The position numbers were made by a program, and so were the translations under genes. From an uncultured Chthonomonadaceae bacterium (GTDB lineage: Bacteria > Armatimonadota > Chthonomonadetes > Chthonomonadales > Chthonomonadaceae), in contig CAWFQB010000006.1 in assembly GCA_963817895.1 (NCBI GenBank), forward strand, positions 288,001 to 352,000: 64,000 bases of DNA, in the 5' to 3' direction. The notes under the pieces were generated by a model. That model was not told the origin of the DNA, did not search any database, and was given only the letters and a program-made list of their open reading frames with translations. Below, piece after piece: positions 9,814 to 20,621 of this stretch (position 1 is its first letter; every line of letters starts with the position of its first letter).

Positions 9814-10668
9814 ATGGTGAGCGTTATGCCTTCGGAATCTGTACTCTATCTGCTGGAACCGGATACTGCGCGGCAGCAACGCTTGCAAAGCATCGGGCAG
9901 GCATGTCACTGCCGCGTACACGCCTCCGGTAATGCTGTCGGAGTCTTCGACCTGCTGCGCCGCGCCGGCCCGGATGTGGTCATTATAGGAAGCACACCTC
10001 CCTATGAGGACATTGCCGTCCTGTGCCGACAGATACGCGCGGATATTTATCTGCGGGCAAGCCAAATCCTGCTGTTGGGGGATGCCGCCGTACCCGCCAC
10101 GCTTTACCGTCTCGTGGATGATCTGATGCGGCCTGACGCGCCGGAAAGTGAGGTTGTGTTCCGGCTGCAAAACGGGATACGGCAGTCGCAATTACGCCAA
10201 CAGGCGATTGCCATTCAACAGGAACTGGAAAACTTTCGCGGACAGCAGGAGCAGGCGGGCGATTATATGACCGAAGCCACCACGCAGCTTGTGGAAATCG
10301 CCGCGCAATTGCAATCCGAAGTGGTTCACAGCGTGGAGCGGGAGGAGGAGAGCGTTCGCGCGGCGCAGGCGGATACGATTGCGCAGGCCGCCGCCGCGTT
10401 GCGCCACGAAATCAACAATCCTCTGTTTGCCATTGTGGGCAGCGCGGAAAGCGCGTTAAAACGACTGGAATCTATTAAGAACACGCCACAGCCGGACCTG
10501 ACGCCGATTGTCAGCGGTTGCGAACGTATACTGCGCGGCGCGGATCGAATTCAAAAAGTTGTTGAAGCGATTTCGGCAATGCTGACGCCGGCCACAACAG
10601 ACTACGTGCCGGGAGTTGCTATGCTGGACCTGACTAAAAATGCAAGCCCAGCTTCGCCTCCGTCTTGA
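9814..10668 (+). CDS. Receiver-like domain plus HisKA (DHp) protein, no ATPase domain
   Basis: N-terminal receiver-like pattern (PDVVIIG...LCRQIR), coiled coil, H-box LRHEINNPL. Confidence 0.7.
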   Translation: MVSVMPSESVLYLLEPDTARQQRLQSIGQACHCRVHASGNAVGVFDLLRRAGPDVVIIGSTPPYEDIAVLCRQIRADIYLRASQILLLGDAAVPATLYRLVDDLMRPDAPESEVVFRLQNGIRQSQLRQQAIAIQQELENFRGQQEQAGDYMTEATTQLVEIAAQLQSEVVHSVEREEESVRAAQADTIAQAAAALRHEINNPLFAIVGSAESALKRLESIKNTPQPDLTPIVSGCERILRGADRIQKVVEAISAMLTPATTDYVPGVAMLDLTKNASPASPPS

Positions 10669-12347
10669 TCTCCGTTTTGGAAGCGTCGCCGCCGAGCAGG
10701 GGGCGCGTCAGTTCGCCGTTGAGCATCAGGTCGAAGGCGGAACCGAGTTTGTGCTTGAAGCCGAGCAGATAGGTTCCCGTGCCGGCATTGGCGGCATCGA
10801 ACAAGCCCCTGCCCGCGAAATCCCGTGCTGAATATATCGTATCTGGTAAAATGCAGGTCTACGCCCACTTCCGATGTGCCGGACGAGCGGGACTTGTCGA
10901 AATCCTGATCCACGCCGATCTGCCCCCGCATCGTGAGAAATCCCCAGTCCGATTCCAGATTGAGCGTGTTGCGCTGCCCGTTCAGGATGCCGCCATTGGC
11001 TTCCGGGTTGAAGATAGTTCCGCCGCCGAGTTTCAGCCGTTTGGAGGGCGCGAAGTTGATTTTCAGGCCGTAGGTGTTACGCGCGTTCGGGTCGGGAGCA
11101 TCGTCGGCAAGCTGGTTGGCGCGGAACCGGGCGTCGCCATTCACTTCCAGATACCGCTGCGGTTTGGACGCGACGGAAAACAAGCCGACGGTTCGTTCCT
11201 GTTTGGCGTCGGCGGTGACCTGAACCCCGCCGGAAAGCTGCGTTTGCGCAAGGGGCAGACGCGGCAATTGAACGTTGGTTTCCGAATTCAGGTGGGCGCC
11301 ATCTTTGTCGAAGCGGTCTTCGATATGGGAGGTCACTTTGGTTTTCGCCAGCGCGGACAGTTCCAGCGCCACGTCGCCGTTTGCCAGCAAGGTTTGCGTC
11401 GGCGCGATTTTGGAGCCATTCGCGGGAACCGAAGTGGTTTGCTGAACGCCACTGGAAACCGTCACGCCCTTTGCGGGAGTGGTTCCCAATTTCGCGCCCA
11501 ATGTCTCCTGACCTGCGGCAATGCCGCTTTCATCGGATTGGGTAAACTGCGCCCCGGCGCGGGCATACGCCACGCTTAACTCCGTTTTGCCCATTTTCGC
11601 TTGCTGCGCGAGGGATATGCCGCCCCTGTCCATCCAATCGCCGCCCTGCAAATCCATGAACAGGCGGCTGTCGAGTTGTGAGACGAGGAAAGAGGTTCGC
11701 AGAAGCGGCGTACTCCCCGTCCATTGCAGCGCGTTGATGCCGAACTGCGAACTCGCGGCAGAGGTGGCAGGCGGCGCGTTGACGTTTGCCGCCTCATCCC
11801 GCAACTGCGTTCGCAAACGCAGGCGGTTTTTCCCTTTGTTGAGCAAATCCCAGTGCATCAGATGGGTTTCGGGCGCGCTGCGAACGGCATCCGGCGTGTT
11901 TGCGGAGTAGGCGATGCGAACGGTCGTTGCGGCAGACAGGGGAAACGCGAATCGGATGATTCCCGCCGCGCTGTCCATCACATAATCAATGTCGCGCTGC
12001 AAGGCGCGTCCATCGCAGTCTACGGTTTCGGTGTTGGCCCGCGATTTTTTCCATGAGAGCGTATACGGCCCCTCCGATTTCCGTCCGAAAAGCACGTCCG
12101 TCTGGATGCCGCCAATCGCGTCGAAATGCGACAACGTACCCGTCTGGTTCAGTTCTCCGAGGGGCGTGGAGGGCAGCGGGGAAGCCACATTGAAAACGGA
12201 AAATAGTGGGCTGTTGGAAACCGCCTGCGCGTGGCCTGCCGCATCTGCCAGACACAAAACTGTTACTGGCAGCGCGAGGCGCAACAGGCGCGGCAGGATA
12301 CGCCGCGCTGAATTCAAAAAGACGCGATAAGGGTGTAAATAGGGCAT
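10634..12347 (-). CDS. Putative outer-membrane/secreted beta-rich protein (frameshift near 10800)
   Basis: Signal-like N-terminus ending AGHAQ; alternating beta-strand pattern; shifted frame ends IKTEAKLGLHF* (terminal Phe); start uncertain. Confidence 0.55.
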
Positions 12348-12842
12348 GGGTGGGATGGCAACGGATTTGCCTGCCGCAATCAGAGTCATGACGGCGTGTT
12401 CTCCTGCGCGAAGCGCGAGCAGGGCGGGATATGCCACTGCTGTATCATTTGCTACTACGTTGGTTAGACAACTCTGTGACTCGCGTGTTACCAAAAATTT
12501 ATGGCAGCCGCAAATGGTATCCCAATCCTCATAATGCCTTCATAATCGTGGGAACATTCCTGACCTCCGACTCATCCTACGCCAAAGAACACGCCGGTAT
12601 TTCCTCCGACCTCTCACGAAGCGGACAACACGCGCCGATAATCCAGACACGTTACGCGCAGGCAGTCCATTCTTCCTGCGAAAAACGAAATTATCGGCGG
12701 TCAGCGGTTGCAGGGGCGTAGGCGCGACACGAGCGGGCTTCGTGAATTGCCGCGTTTTGCGCAGGGCGGATGAAGAAGTATTCGCGCATTGCGGACTGCC
12801 ATTCAAACTTAATCTACTATCCACCATTTTGGGGTTAAACTA

Positions 12843-13046
12843 ATGAAAAATGAAGATACCAAATTGCGCATTGTCCGCCTGCTGGAGCCGTCTTTGTGTC
12901 TCTCCTGCCGCCATGCCGCCATTGCAACTGTAGAAATGGCGAACGGCAACAGCCGCCGGATGCTGCATTGCAAGCGCCTCGACTGCGACAACTGGCAGAC
13001 CGAAGAGTCCGAGGAGACGCCGAGCCACATTTACGACGGCAGTTAG
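12843..13046 (+). CDS. Small Cys-rich putative Zn-binding protein
   Basis: 67 aa, CLSC...CKRLDCDNW. Confidence 0.65.
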   Translation: MKNEDTKLRIVRLLEPSLCLSCRHAAIATVEMANGNSRRMLHCKRLDCDNWQTEESEETPSHIYDGS

Positions 13047-13314
13047 TTGGCAAGGGTGTTCGGTGTTGGGTATTCGGTGTTCGGCGGATTCGTATTTGTA
13101 TTGGGGGCGGCGCGTACATTCTCAATCAACAGAATATTTCTAAAATCTTGCGCGTTATTTGTAAAGATGAACGCGGGCAGCCTGAATGTGGGCTGCCCGC
13201 GTTTGCTTTGGGTGTTGTTCGCGTGTTGAAAGTGGGAAGGGAAAAGCGTTGCAGATGTCGAATAGCAGGGCAGTCAACGAAATCAAGTCTAATTCTTAGC
13301 GAGTGAGGTTTGCA

Positions 13315-14130
13315 ATGCGCGTTCAACTCTGGTGCGATATGGAGGGCGTGGCCGGCATTTCCGTATGGGAGCAGGTCAACGGGGGTGGAGTGTTGTACGA
13401 GGAGGGGCGACGCCTGTACACACAGGAGATCAATGCGGCGGTGCGCGGCTGCAAGCGGGCGGGCGCGACAGAAATTATCGTCGTAGATGGACATGGCGCG
13501 GGCGGGGCGTGGAGTTTCAAAAGCCTCATCCCCGAACTGCTCGAATCGGGCGCGGAGTACGTGCTTGGCTATGCGTGGGCGCGTTACATCGAACCTTTGA
13601 AATCGGGATGTGACGCCGCGCTGTTTGTCGGGGCGCACGCGATGGCGGGAACGCCGGACGGCATTTTGTGCCACACGGTTTCCTCACAGGCATGGTACAA
13701 CGCCTATATCAACGAAACACTGGTTGGCGAATCGGGCATTATAGCGGCGATTTGCGGCGACTTTGATTGCCCGTGCGTATTTGTATCGGGAGACACGGCA
13801 ACGTGTAAAGAAGTTCAGGCGCTGCTCGGCCCGCAAGTCGTGACCGCGCCCGTGAAAGTCGGATTGACCCGCTTCAGTGCGCGCCACAAACCCGCCAATG
13901 ACGCCTGCAGCCTGATTGAAGGCCGCGTATACAGCGCTCTGACCATGCGCAACTGGCCCAAACCGCTCAAATTCACCGGCCCCGTCGAGTTCAAGGTAGA
14001 ACTCGCGTCGCCGGATCGCGCGTCGGAATGGGCAGGCAAACCCGGCGTGGAGATTGTCAACCCGCGCCTCGTCGTGTCGCGCGGCGAAACCTTCTGGCAG
14101 GCATGGGATCAATTTTGGGTCAAAGCGTAA
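13315..14130 (+). CDS. dppA: M55 family D-aminopeptidase (DppA-like)
   Basis: DMEGVAG, VDGHG, GAHAMAGT...LCHT, GESGI, VSGD. Confidence 0.9.
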   Translation: MRVQLWCDMEGVAGISVWEQVNGGGVLYEEGRRLYTQEINAAVRGCKRAGATEIIVVDGHGAGGAWSFKSLIPELLESGAEYVLGYAWARYIEPLKSGCDAALFVGAHAMAGTPDGILCHTVSSQAWYNAYINETLVGESGIIAAICGDFDCPCVFVSGDTATCKEVQALLGPQVVTAPVKVGLTRFSARHKPANDACSLIEGRVYSALTMRNWPKPLKFTGPVEFKVELASPDRASEWAGKPGVEIVNPRLVVSRGETFWQAWDQFWVKA

Positions 14131-14199
14131 GCGTACTTCCATACGCGCGCAACTTCATACCGTAGAAGGGCGTCTTTTCAACCGAAAGGCAGGTCAAAA

Positions 14200-14928
14200 A
14201 TGACACAAGACAATCGCATCATCGTTGCGCTGGATGTGGATACGGCGGAAAAAGCCGTTCAGTTGGTGACGCAATTGAAAGACCATGTGGGCGTGTTCAA
14301 GGTGGGGCTGGAACTGGTCAATGCGGCGGGATTGGGCATTTTCGACGCGTTGCGGCAGGCGGGCGCGGAACGCTTCTTTTATGACGCCAAACTGCACGAC
14401 ATTCCCAACACGGTTGCGGGAGCCATGCGGGGCATCGGCAATATGGGCGTGTGGTGCGTCACGGTACATGCGAGTGGCGGCTCGGCGATGCTGAAGGCGG
14501 CGGTGGAAGCGTCGCGCGCGACGGCGGAACACAGCGGGCAGCCTGCGCCCAAAATTTTAGCGGTGACAGTGCTGACCAGTATCAGCGCAACCGTATTGAG
14601 GTGCGAACTGGAAGTCGGTACACCCCTGCAAGAACATGTAGCGCATCTGGCGCAGATGGCGTATGCGGCAGGCTGCGATGGCGTGATTGCCGCGCCGCAG
14701 GAGATTGAAACCATTCGTGACGAAGTTGACGACCCCAATTTTCTGATTGTCACTCCGGGCGTTCGCCCGGCAGGTTCGGCAGTGGGTGATCAGGCGCGCG
14801 TAATGACGCCGGGAGAAGCCATCCGGCGCGGCGCGAATTACCTTGTTATCGGGCGGCCCATCGTGGCGGCGGATGATCCTGTGGAAGCCGCGCAACGCAT
14901 CAATGCGGAGATTGCGGCGGCATTGTAA
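14200..14928 (+). CDS. pyrF: Orotidine-5'-phosphate decarboxylase
   Basis: IVALD, KVGLEL, DAKLHDIPNTV, VTVLTS, VTPGVRP, DQAR, VIGRPI. Confidence 0.98.
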   Translation: MTQDNRIIVALDVDTAEKAVQLVTQLKDHVGVFKVGLELVNAAGLGIFDALRQAGAERFFYDAKLHDIPNTVAGAMRGIGNMGVWCVTVHASGGSAMLKAAVEASRATAEHSGQPAPKILAVTVLTSISATVLRCELEVGTPLQEHVAHLAQMAYAAGCDGVIAAPQEIETIRDEVDDPNFLIVTPGVRPAGSAVGDQARVMTPGEAIRRGANYLVIGRPIVAADDPVEAAQRINAEIAAAL

Positions 14929-14933
14929 CTGTC

Positions 14934-15076
14934 TTGAACCATGATCAGGCATGATTTAGATGATTAACATGATTGAGGAGGCGCGTTTCTCAAACGCTTC
15001 CTCTAATCACACGGATAAGACTTCTGGTGGCGCATCATCATGGCAATCATCTAAATCATGCCTGATCATGGTTCAA
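14934..15076. repeat. Perfect 32 bp inverted repeat of ATGAT-containing nonamers with an inner hairpin
   Basis: TTGAACCATGATCAGGCATGATTTAGATGATT at 14934-14965 and its reverse complement at 15045-15076. Confidence 0.9.
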
Positions 15077-15097
15077 ACAATCCTGAAACTTAAAACT

Positions 15098-17938
15098 ATG
15101 GTCAAATCTTATCTACGTTTGTTGATCGGCTGCCTTGCTGCTGTTGGCGTGTTGGGAATTGCCCGCGCGCAGGCGAAGAAGGAAGAGGTCAAGGCGGTTC
15201 CCGGCCCCGGCTCTACGTATTCGCTGAACCCGGTGACGCCGGTTCCCGGCGCGGTTCCGCTGCCTTATGGCTTGCAGCTAATGGCGCGTTTCGATCTGCT
15301 GCCTGTGTTACGCGATACCCGTTGCTTTCAGGATTCGAGTTATGATCCGGGTGGAGGCAATGGCGATGCCGACCATTACTTTAAGAAGGAAGGCAACAAA
15401 GCGATACTGGCCGACATCAAAGGGCCGGGGTGCATTTATCGCTTCTGGTCCGCCAATGCCGCCGGACATTTGAAAATTTTCTTCGATGGCGAGGACACGC
15501 CGCGTATTGACTGCCCGATGCAGGATTTGTTTACGGGCAAAGTGGCTCCGTTTGTGGAACCCGTTGTCGGGCATCGAAGCGGCGGGTGGTACTGCTTCTT
15601 CCCCATGCCGTTCCAGAAAGCCTGCCGCGTGGAAGTAACCGATCCGGGCGGATTGTACTACCATGTCCAGTATCAGCGGTTTCCCGACAATCAAACCGTT
15701 CGCACATTTACCCGCGAACTCACGAATGAAGACAAAGACGCCCTGCAAGTGGTGCTGGCGCAGTGGCGGAATTTAGGCGGGAACCCGTACACGGCGCAAC
15801 TGACCAATTATCGGGACGTGAAGGCCAGAACGCAATCCGTGTCGGGAATTACGCGGGTGGAAGCGGGACAAACGAAAGTTCTCACGACCCTGAACGGCGC
15901 GGGCGAAGTGACCGGCCTGCATCTCGCGGTTGTGCCTGCGGATCGGCAAAGCCTGCGGCAAACGCTGCTGCGCGTGTATTGGGACGGAGCGACAAAACCC
16001 GCCATTGAATCGCCTGTCGGAGATTTTTTCGGCGTGGGATTTGGCGATCACCGCATCAATTCCCTGCCTACCGCGATGCGCGATTCGGGCTATTCCTGTT
16101 ACTGGCCCATGCCGTTTGCGCGATCCGCGCGGTTTGAACTGGTCAACACGGGCAAAACGGCTTTAAGTCTGGTCTCTTACCGCATTGAATCGGAAAAATT
16201 AAGCAAATTGCCGGAAGGGTTGGGCTATTTCCATGCGCAGTGGCATCGGCAGACAACCGTTGCGGGCGAGTATTTCCATATTCTGGAAGTAAAAGGGCGT
16301 GGGCATTACGTCGGGGAGCATACCGACATGCAGGGGGACAGGGGCATCGGGTATCTGGAGGGCGACGAAAAGGTGTACGTGGATGGCGAAACCTTCCCCT
16401 CTATCTATGGAACTGGCACGGAAGACTTTTATACGGGCGGCTGGTACTTCGATCAGGGCGTGTTCAATGTGGCGTATCATGGCGCGACCATCAAGGAAGA
16501 CAATATTTCCCGCGTATCCGCGTACCGATTCCAGATTCAGGACTGCGTACCCTTCCGGCATGATTTCAAAATAGATATTGAACACGGCGGCATGAACGAT
16601 TATCCGGGGGCCGTATACAGTTGCGTGGCGTACTGGTATCAGGAGGAGACCACGCACGATTGGTCGCCCGTAGACATAAAGCAGTTGACGCCCACTTCTC
16701 TTATGGCCGAAAACGCGCAGGAGGCCGAGAACCTGACGTGGACGGGCGGCAGTACGCGCGTCATTTCGGACGACGCGCTTACGGTGGAAGCGAGTGGCGG
16801 CAAAGTGGCGGTTGTCAGTGGCGATCATCCCACAGCCGTATTCAGCGCGAAAAAAGATGACAACTATACTGTTCGGCTTTCCACCCTGAACCTGCCGGAT
16901 GCCGCCCGAACCGTCAATATGAGCGTGGACGGCAGCCCCGCCAAAACGCTTACGCTCCCCGTTGCGGCAATGGGCGCGGGTGGCGGACGCGCGGAAGTTT
17001 CTACGTTTGTGCGCTTGAAACCGGGAACGCACCAGTTGGTATTGGACATGCCGAACGGCGGGCGAACGTATGTTGATTATCTGCGTCTTGACCCTAGCCA
17101 CAAGGAGAACGGCGTTGTGGAGGGCGAGTCGCTGCTGGAAAAACTGACGGGGCATGACAAAGTAAGCGTCAGTTTGATAGACGCGCGTTCGGAATACAGC
17201 GGCGGAAGCGCGATGCGCTGGCTGCCCGCAAACGAGAAAGAGTTCCTCGCCCTGCCCGTTCAGGTGACGCAGGAAGCGGATTATACCGTCGAATTGGCGG
17301 TAGACGCAACGGATTCTACGCCAACATGGGTTTTGCAGGGCGACGATAAACAGGCGCAAACGGCAACCCTTCTCCCCAACGCGAAAGGTGTGGAGAAGTT
17401 GCGTTTTTCAGCCCCGATGCACTTGAAACCGGGGCAGCATAATCTGGTGCTGACGGGTATGGGCGCGAAGCCAACCCTGACGCTGGATTATCTGCGCCTT
17501 GTCCGCCAAAAATACCGCAACGCTGTGGACGCCGAAAGTCTGAAAGTGGTGGAGTCCAAAGACGGCAACACGGACACGCAGGATATGAAAGGTTTCGGCC
17601 CGAATTGGAGCGGTGACACGCAACTCTGGTTTCACGGCCAGAAACCGGGTTCGCAGGTGACGCTGGAATTGCCCGTCACTTCTGATGGCAAAGTGAACTT
17701 CGTCGTTTACCTGACGACGGCCAAAGATTACGGCATCGTGCAGACGTTGGTAGACGGCAAAGAAATCGGCAGCCCGGTTGACTGCTACTCAACAGAAGTA
17801 AAAGCCAAAGGCCGTCTGGAACTGGGAATGTTGGATTTGACGGCGGGTACGCACAAAGTCACTTTCCGCGTCACAGGCAAAAACGCGGCAGGTTCCGGCT
17901 ATCTGGTCGGTATAGACGCGATTGGCTTGGAGAAGTGA
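15098..17938 (+). CDS. Secreted DUF2961 (GH172-like) protein with C-terminal CBM-like repeats
   Basis: Signal peptide; LRVYWDG...PVGDFFG, EGDEKVYVDGE, GTGTEDFYTGGWYF, IEHG; three EAE/DYLRL-type jelly-roll-like modules. Confidence 0.85.
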   Translation: MVKSYLRLLIGCLAAVGVLGIARAQAKKEEVKAVPGPGSTYSLNPVTPVPGAVPLPYGLQLMARFDLLPVLRDTRCFQDSSYDPGGGNGDADHYFKKEGNKAILADIKGPGCIYRFWSANAAGHLKIFFDGEDTPRIDCPMQDLFTGKVAPFVEPVVGHRSGGWYCFFPMPFQKACRVEVTDPGGLYYHVQYQRFPDNQTVRTFTRELTNEDKDALQVVLAQWRNLGGNPYTAQLTNYRDVKARTQSVSGITRVEAGQTKVLTTLNGAGEVTGLHLAVVPADRQSLRQTLLRVYWDGATKPAIESPVGDFFGVGFGDHRINSLPTAMRDSGYSCYWPMPFARSARFELVNTGKTALSLVSYRIESEKLSKLPEGLGYFHAQWHRQTTVAGEYFHILEVKGRGHYVGEHTDMQGDRGIGYLEGDEKVYVDGETFPSIYGTGTEDFYTGGWYFDQGVFNVAYHGATIKEDNISRVSAYRFQIQDCVPFRHDFKIDIEHGGMNDYPGAVYSCVAYWYQEETTHDWSPVDIKQLTPTSLMAENAQEAENLTWTGGSTRVISDDALTVEASGGKVAVVSGDHPTAVFSAKKDDNYTVRLSTLNLPDAARTVNMSVDGSPAKTLTLPVAAMGAGGGRAEVSTFVRLKPGTHQLVLDMPNGGRTYVDYLRLDPSHKENGVVEGESLLEKLTGHDKVSVSLIDARSEYSGGSAMRWLPANEKEFLALPVQVTQEADYTVELAVDATDSTPTWVLQGDDKQAQTATLLPNAKGVEKLRFSAPMHLKPGQHNLVLTGMGAKPTLTLDYLRLVRQKYRNAVDAESLKVVESKDGNTDTQDMKGFGPNWSGDTQLWFHGQKPGSQVTLELPVTSDGKVNFVVYLTTAKDYGIVQTLVDGKEIGSPVDCYSTEVKAKGRLELGMLDLTAGTHKVTFRVTGKNAAGSGYLVGIDAIGLEK

Positions 17939-18002
17939 AAGTGAAGAGTGAGAGTGAGAGAAAATGCGTAGTTACTCTCGCTCTCCACTCTCACTCTCAC
18001 TT
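17933..18002. repeat. Imperfect inverted repeat of GTGAGA-type units
   Basis: AAGTGAAAGTGAAGAGTGAGAGTGAGAG...CTCTCGCTCTCCACTCTCACTCTCACTT. Confidence 0.75.
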
Positions 18003-18020
18003 AAAAAAGGAGTTGTTTCG

Positions 18021-18503
18021 TTGAGCGTATTGTTGAAAACACGCGAGGATACGCTGGCGTTCGGCAAGGCATTGGGAAGTCTGCTGCGTTCAGGAGATGT
18101 GGTTGCGCTGATTGGCGATCTGGGCGCGGGCAAGACCACGTTGACGCAGGGAATCGCGCAGGGCATGGGCATTGTGGAGCGGGTGACAAGTCCGACATTT
18201 ACGCTCGTGCAGGAGTATGGACGCGCCACGCCCCTGTTTCATTTCGACCCGTACCGTCTGGAACGCCCGGAAGATATGACCGACTTCGGTTTTGAGGAGT
18301 ATCTGGAACGGGGCGGAATTGTGGTTGTGGAATGGGCGGACAAGATTGCCGCGCTGCTGCCGGAGGAACGGCTGACGCTTACATTAGAAGAAGCGGGAGA
18401 GAGTGACCCTGACGCGGACGCGGATTCTATTCCGCGCTTGTTGAGAATGGAAGCAATGGGATTGCGGTACGAAGAATTGATGAATTGTTTGCCTTTGGCT
18501 TGA
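18021..18503 (+). CDS. tsaE: tRNA threonylcarbamoyladenosine biosynthesis ATPase
   Basis: GDLGAGKTT, VTSPTFTLV, HFDPYRL, VVEWA; TTG start after AGGAG. Confidence 0.95.
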   Translation: MSVLLKTREDTLAFGKALGSLLRSGDVVALIGDLGAGKTTLTQGIAQGMGIVERVTSPTFTLVQEYGRATPLFHFDPYRLERPEDMTDFGFEEYLERGGIVVVEWADKIAALLPEERLTLTLEEAGESDPDADADSIPRLLRMEAMGLRYEELMNCLPLA

Positions 18504-18512
18504 TAAAAATCT

Positions 18513-19277
18513 GTGCAGAATAAATCAGACAGAAATTTGATACTGGCGATGGAAACATCCGGCGACGTGTGCAGCGTGGCCGCGCAGCGTGACGGGCAGT
18601 TGGCAGCGGAACATACTTTTCGGCACAACATGCGTCTGTCGGAGCGATTGTTCGGGGAGATTGAGGGCGTCTTAAACGATGCGGACGCGAAATTGGAAGA
18701 CGTGACGGCGTTTGCCGTTGGCATCGGGCCGGGTTCGTTTACGGGTACGCGCATCGGCGTGATGACGATGAAAACGCTGGCGGAAGCGCGACGCAAACCG
18801 CTGTATGGCATCAACAGTTTGGAAGCCATTGCCGCCGCGTATCAGGGTTTGGAAGTGGTATTGGTTGTGCCGCTGCTGCCATGTCGAACGGGCGTCGTGT
18901 TTACGGGCGGGTACAACGTGGATGAAGCCGCGCCCCTTGCCGTGATTGCCCCTGCCGCGTTGACGCCGGAAGAGATGGCCGCGCGGCTTGCGGAACTGGA
19001 TCGCAGGCATATCGTGTTATGCGGTCCGGCTATGCCGAAGCATCGGGACGAGTTGTTTACACGGCTGTCGGAACAGGGCAAACGCGCTTCCTGTGGATTG
19101 GCTTCTATTCCGCAGTCGGCGCAGCTAGCGCGATTGGCAGGTCTACGAATAGCGGACGGGGATACCGGCGACGATCCGGTTGAACTTGTGCCGCTGTATA
19201 TCGCGCCCCCGCCCATCAGCCAGCCCAAACCGGAAAATCGTTCGCCCGTTCAAAACAGGGAAACAGAGCAAAGATAG
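18513..19277 (+). CDS. tsaB: tRNA threonylcarbamoyladenosine biosynthesis protein
   Basis: LAMETS, GIGPGSFTGTRIG, LVPLYI; adjacent to tsaE. Confidence 0.95.
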   Translation: MQNKSDRNLILAMETSGDVCSVAAQRDGQLAAEHTFRHNMRLSERLFGEIEGVLNDADAKLEDVTAFAVGIGPGSFTGTRIGVMTMKTLAEARRKPLYGINSLEAIAAAYQGLEVVLVVPLLPCRTGVVFTGGYNVDEAAPLAVIAPAALTPEEMAARLAELDRRHIVLCGPAMPKHRDELFTRLSEQGKRASCGLASIPQSAQLARLAGLRIADGDTGDDPVELVPLYIAPPPISQPKPENRSPVQNRETEQR

Positions 19278-19304
19278 CAAGTTACGTCTTTGCAGGAGCG
19301 TGTT

Positions 19305-20509
19305 ATGCAGTTTGCTGCCGCATTGAGCCGACGGAGGGATACGGACGAGGCCACGCAGGAAGTGATTGCCTCGCTGCGTCGGCAATTGTCCGGTTCCATA
19401 GATTTATTGACCGTTTTCTTTACGGGCGAGCATCAGGAACGGGCCGCGCAAATCGCGCAGCAAATCCGTCAGGCGCTTAATCCGCGCGTGTTGATTGGGT
19501 GCAGCGCGGAGGGCGTGATTGGCGGTGACCGGGAAGTGGAGCGCGAACCGGGGTTGAGCGCGTTGGCAGGAAATTTGCCGGGCGTGATTTTGACGCCGTT
19601 TCAGATCAATTATGTGGAGTGGGATTACGTGTTGGAGGAGTCGGGGCGAACCCTGCGCCGTCGCGTGGGCGTTCGGCGCGACACGGTTCCCGGTGATGAG
19701 GACGAAACTCGCGCGTATCTGCTGTTTGGCGACCCGTTTACCACGCCCATTATCGAACTGATGCAGGCTCTGGATTCTATGGGGGAGCGCGAACCGTTGG
19801 CGGCATGGCGAGCAGCGGCGACCAACCCGGTCAAAATGTGCTGCTGCTCAACGACCAGACGTTTGACGATGGCGTTGTGGGCGTTCGGATTGCCGGGAAT
19901 GTGCGCGTGGATTCGGTTGTCAGTCAGGGCTGCCGCCCGCTTGGCGAAACCCTGCTGGTGACAAAGGCCGAGGAGCAGGTGATTCACACGCTGGGTGGCA
20001 AGCCCGCGCTGGAAGCCGCGCAGAATACATTCAGTGAATTGTCGGACGAAGAGCAGGAACAGGTTCAGAACGGTTCGCTGTTTTTAGGCATTGTCACCAA
20101 CGAATATCAGGACCGCTTCGACCGGGGCGACTTTTTGATACGGGGCGTATTCGGCGTTGACCCCGATTCAGGTTCGCTCGTCATTGGCGAAGAGGTGCAG
20201 GCGGGACAGACGGTGCAGTTCCACATTCAGGATGCCCAAACCGCCGACGAAGACCTGCGCCTGCTGATGCGCCGTTCCGCAACCCACGACTCGCCCCCGA
20301 TGGGCGGGCTGGTATTCAGTTGTAACGGCAGGGGCGCGCGGATGTTCGACCTGCCCAACCATGACGTGCGCGGCGTCCTCGAAGTCGTCCCCGAAACGCC
20401 GCTTGCCGGATTTTTCGCAGCCGGTGAACTTGGCCCCATTGGCGGCAAAAGTTTTCTGCACGGTCAAACCGCAAGCATTGTCCTCTTCCGTTCCAGCCTC
20501 AAAGCGTGA
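19305..20509 (+). CDS. FIST signal-transduction domain protein (frameshift near 19790)
   Basis: GCSAEGVIG, FGDPF, VSQGCRPLG, FSCNGRG, GFFAAGELGP. Confidence 0.88.
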
Positions 20510-20621
20510 AACAGATGAACACGGATCAGCAGACCCTTCAAGACGGCAACCCAAAATCACATCGTTATCCATTCGGACGGCGCTATTCCGGCCTACCTGA
20601 TTGCTCGTATAAGGAAACATT

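Noticed and set aside
12356..12371. sigma54-like TGGCAACGGATTTGC on the plus strand
   Set aside because: Points away from the adjacent minus-strand gene and is about 470 bp from the next plus-strand ORF; single unsupported match
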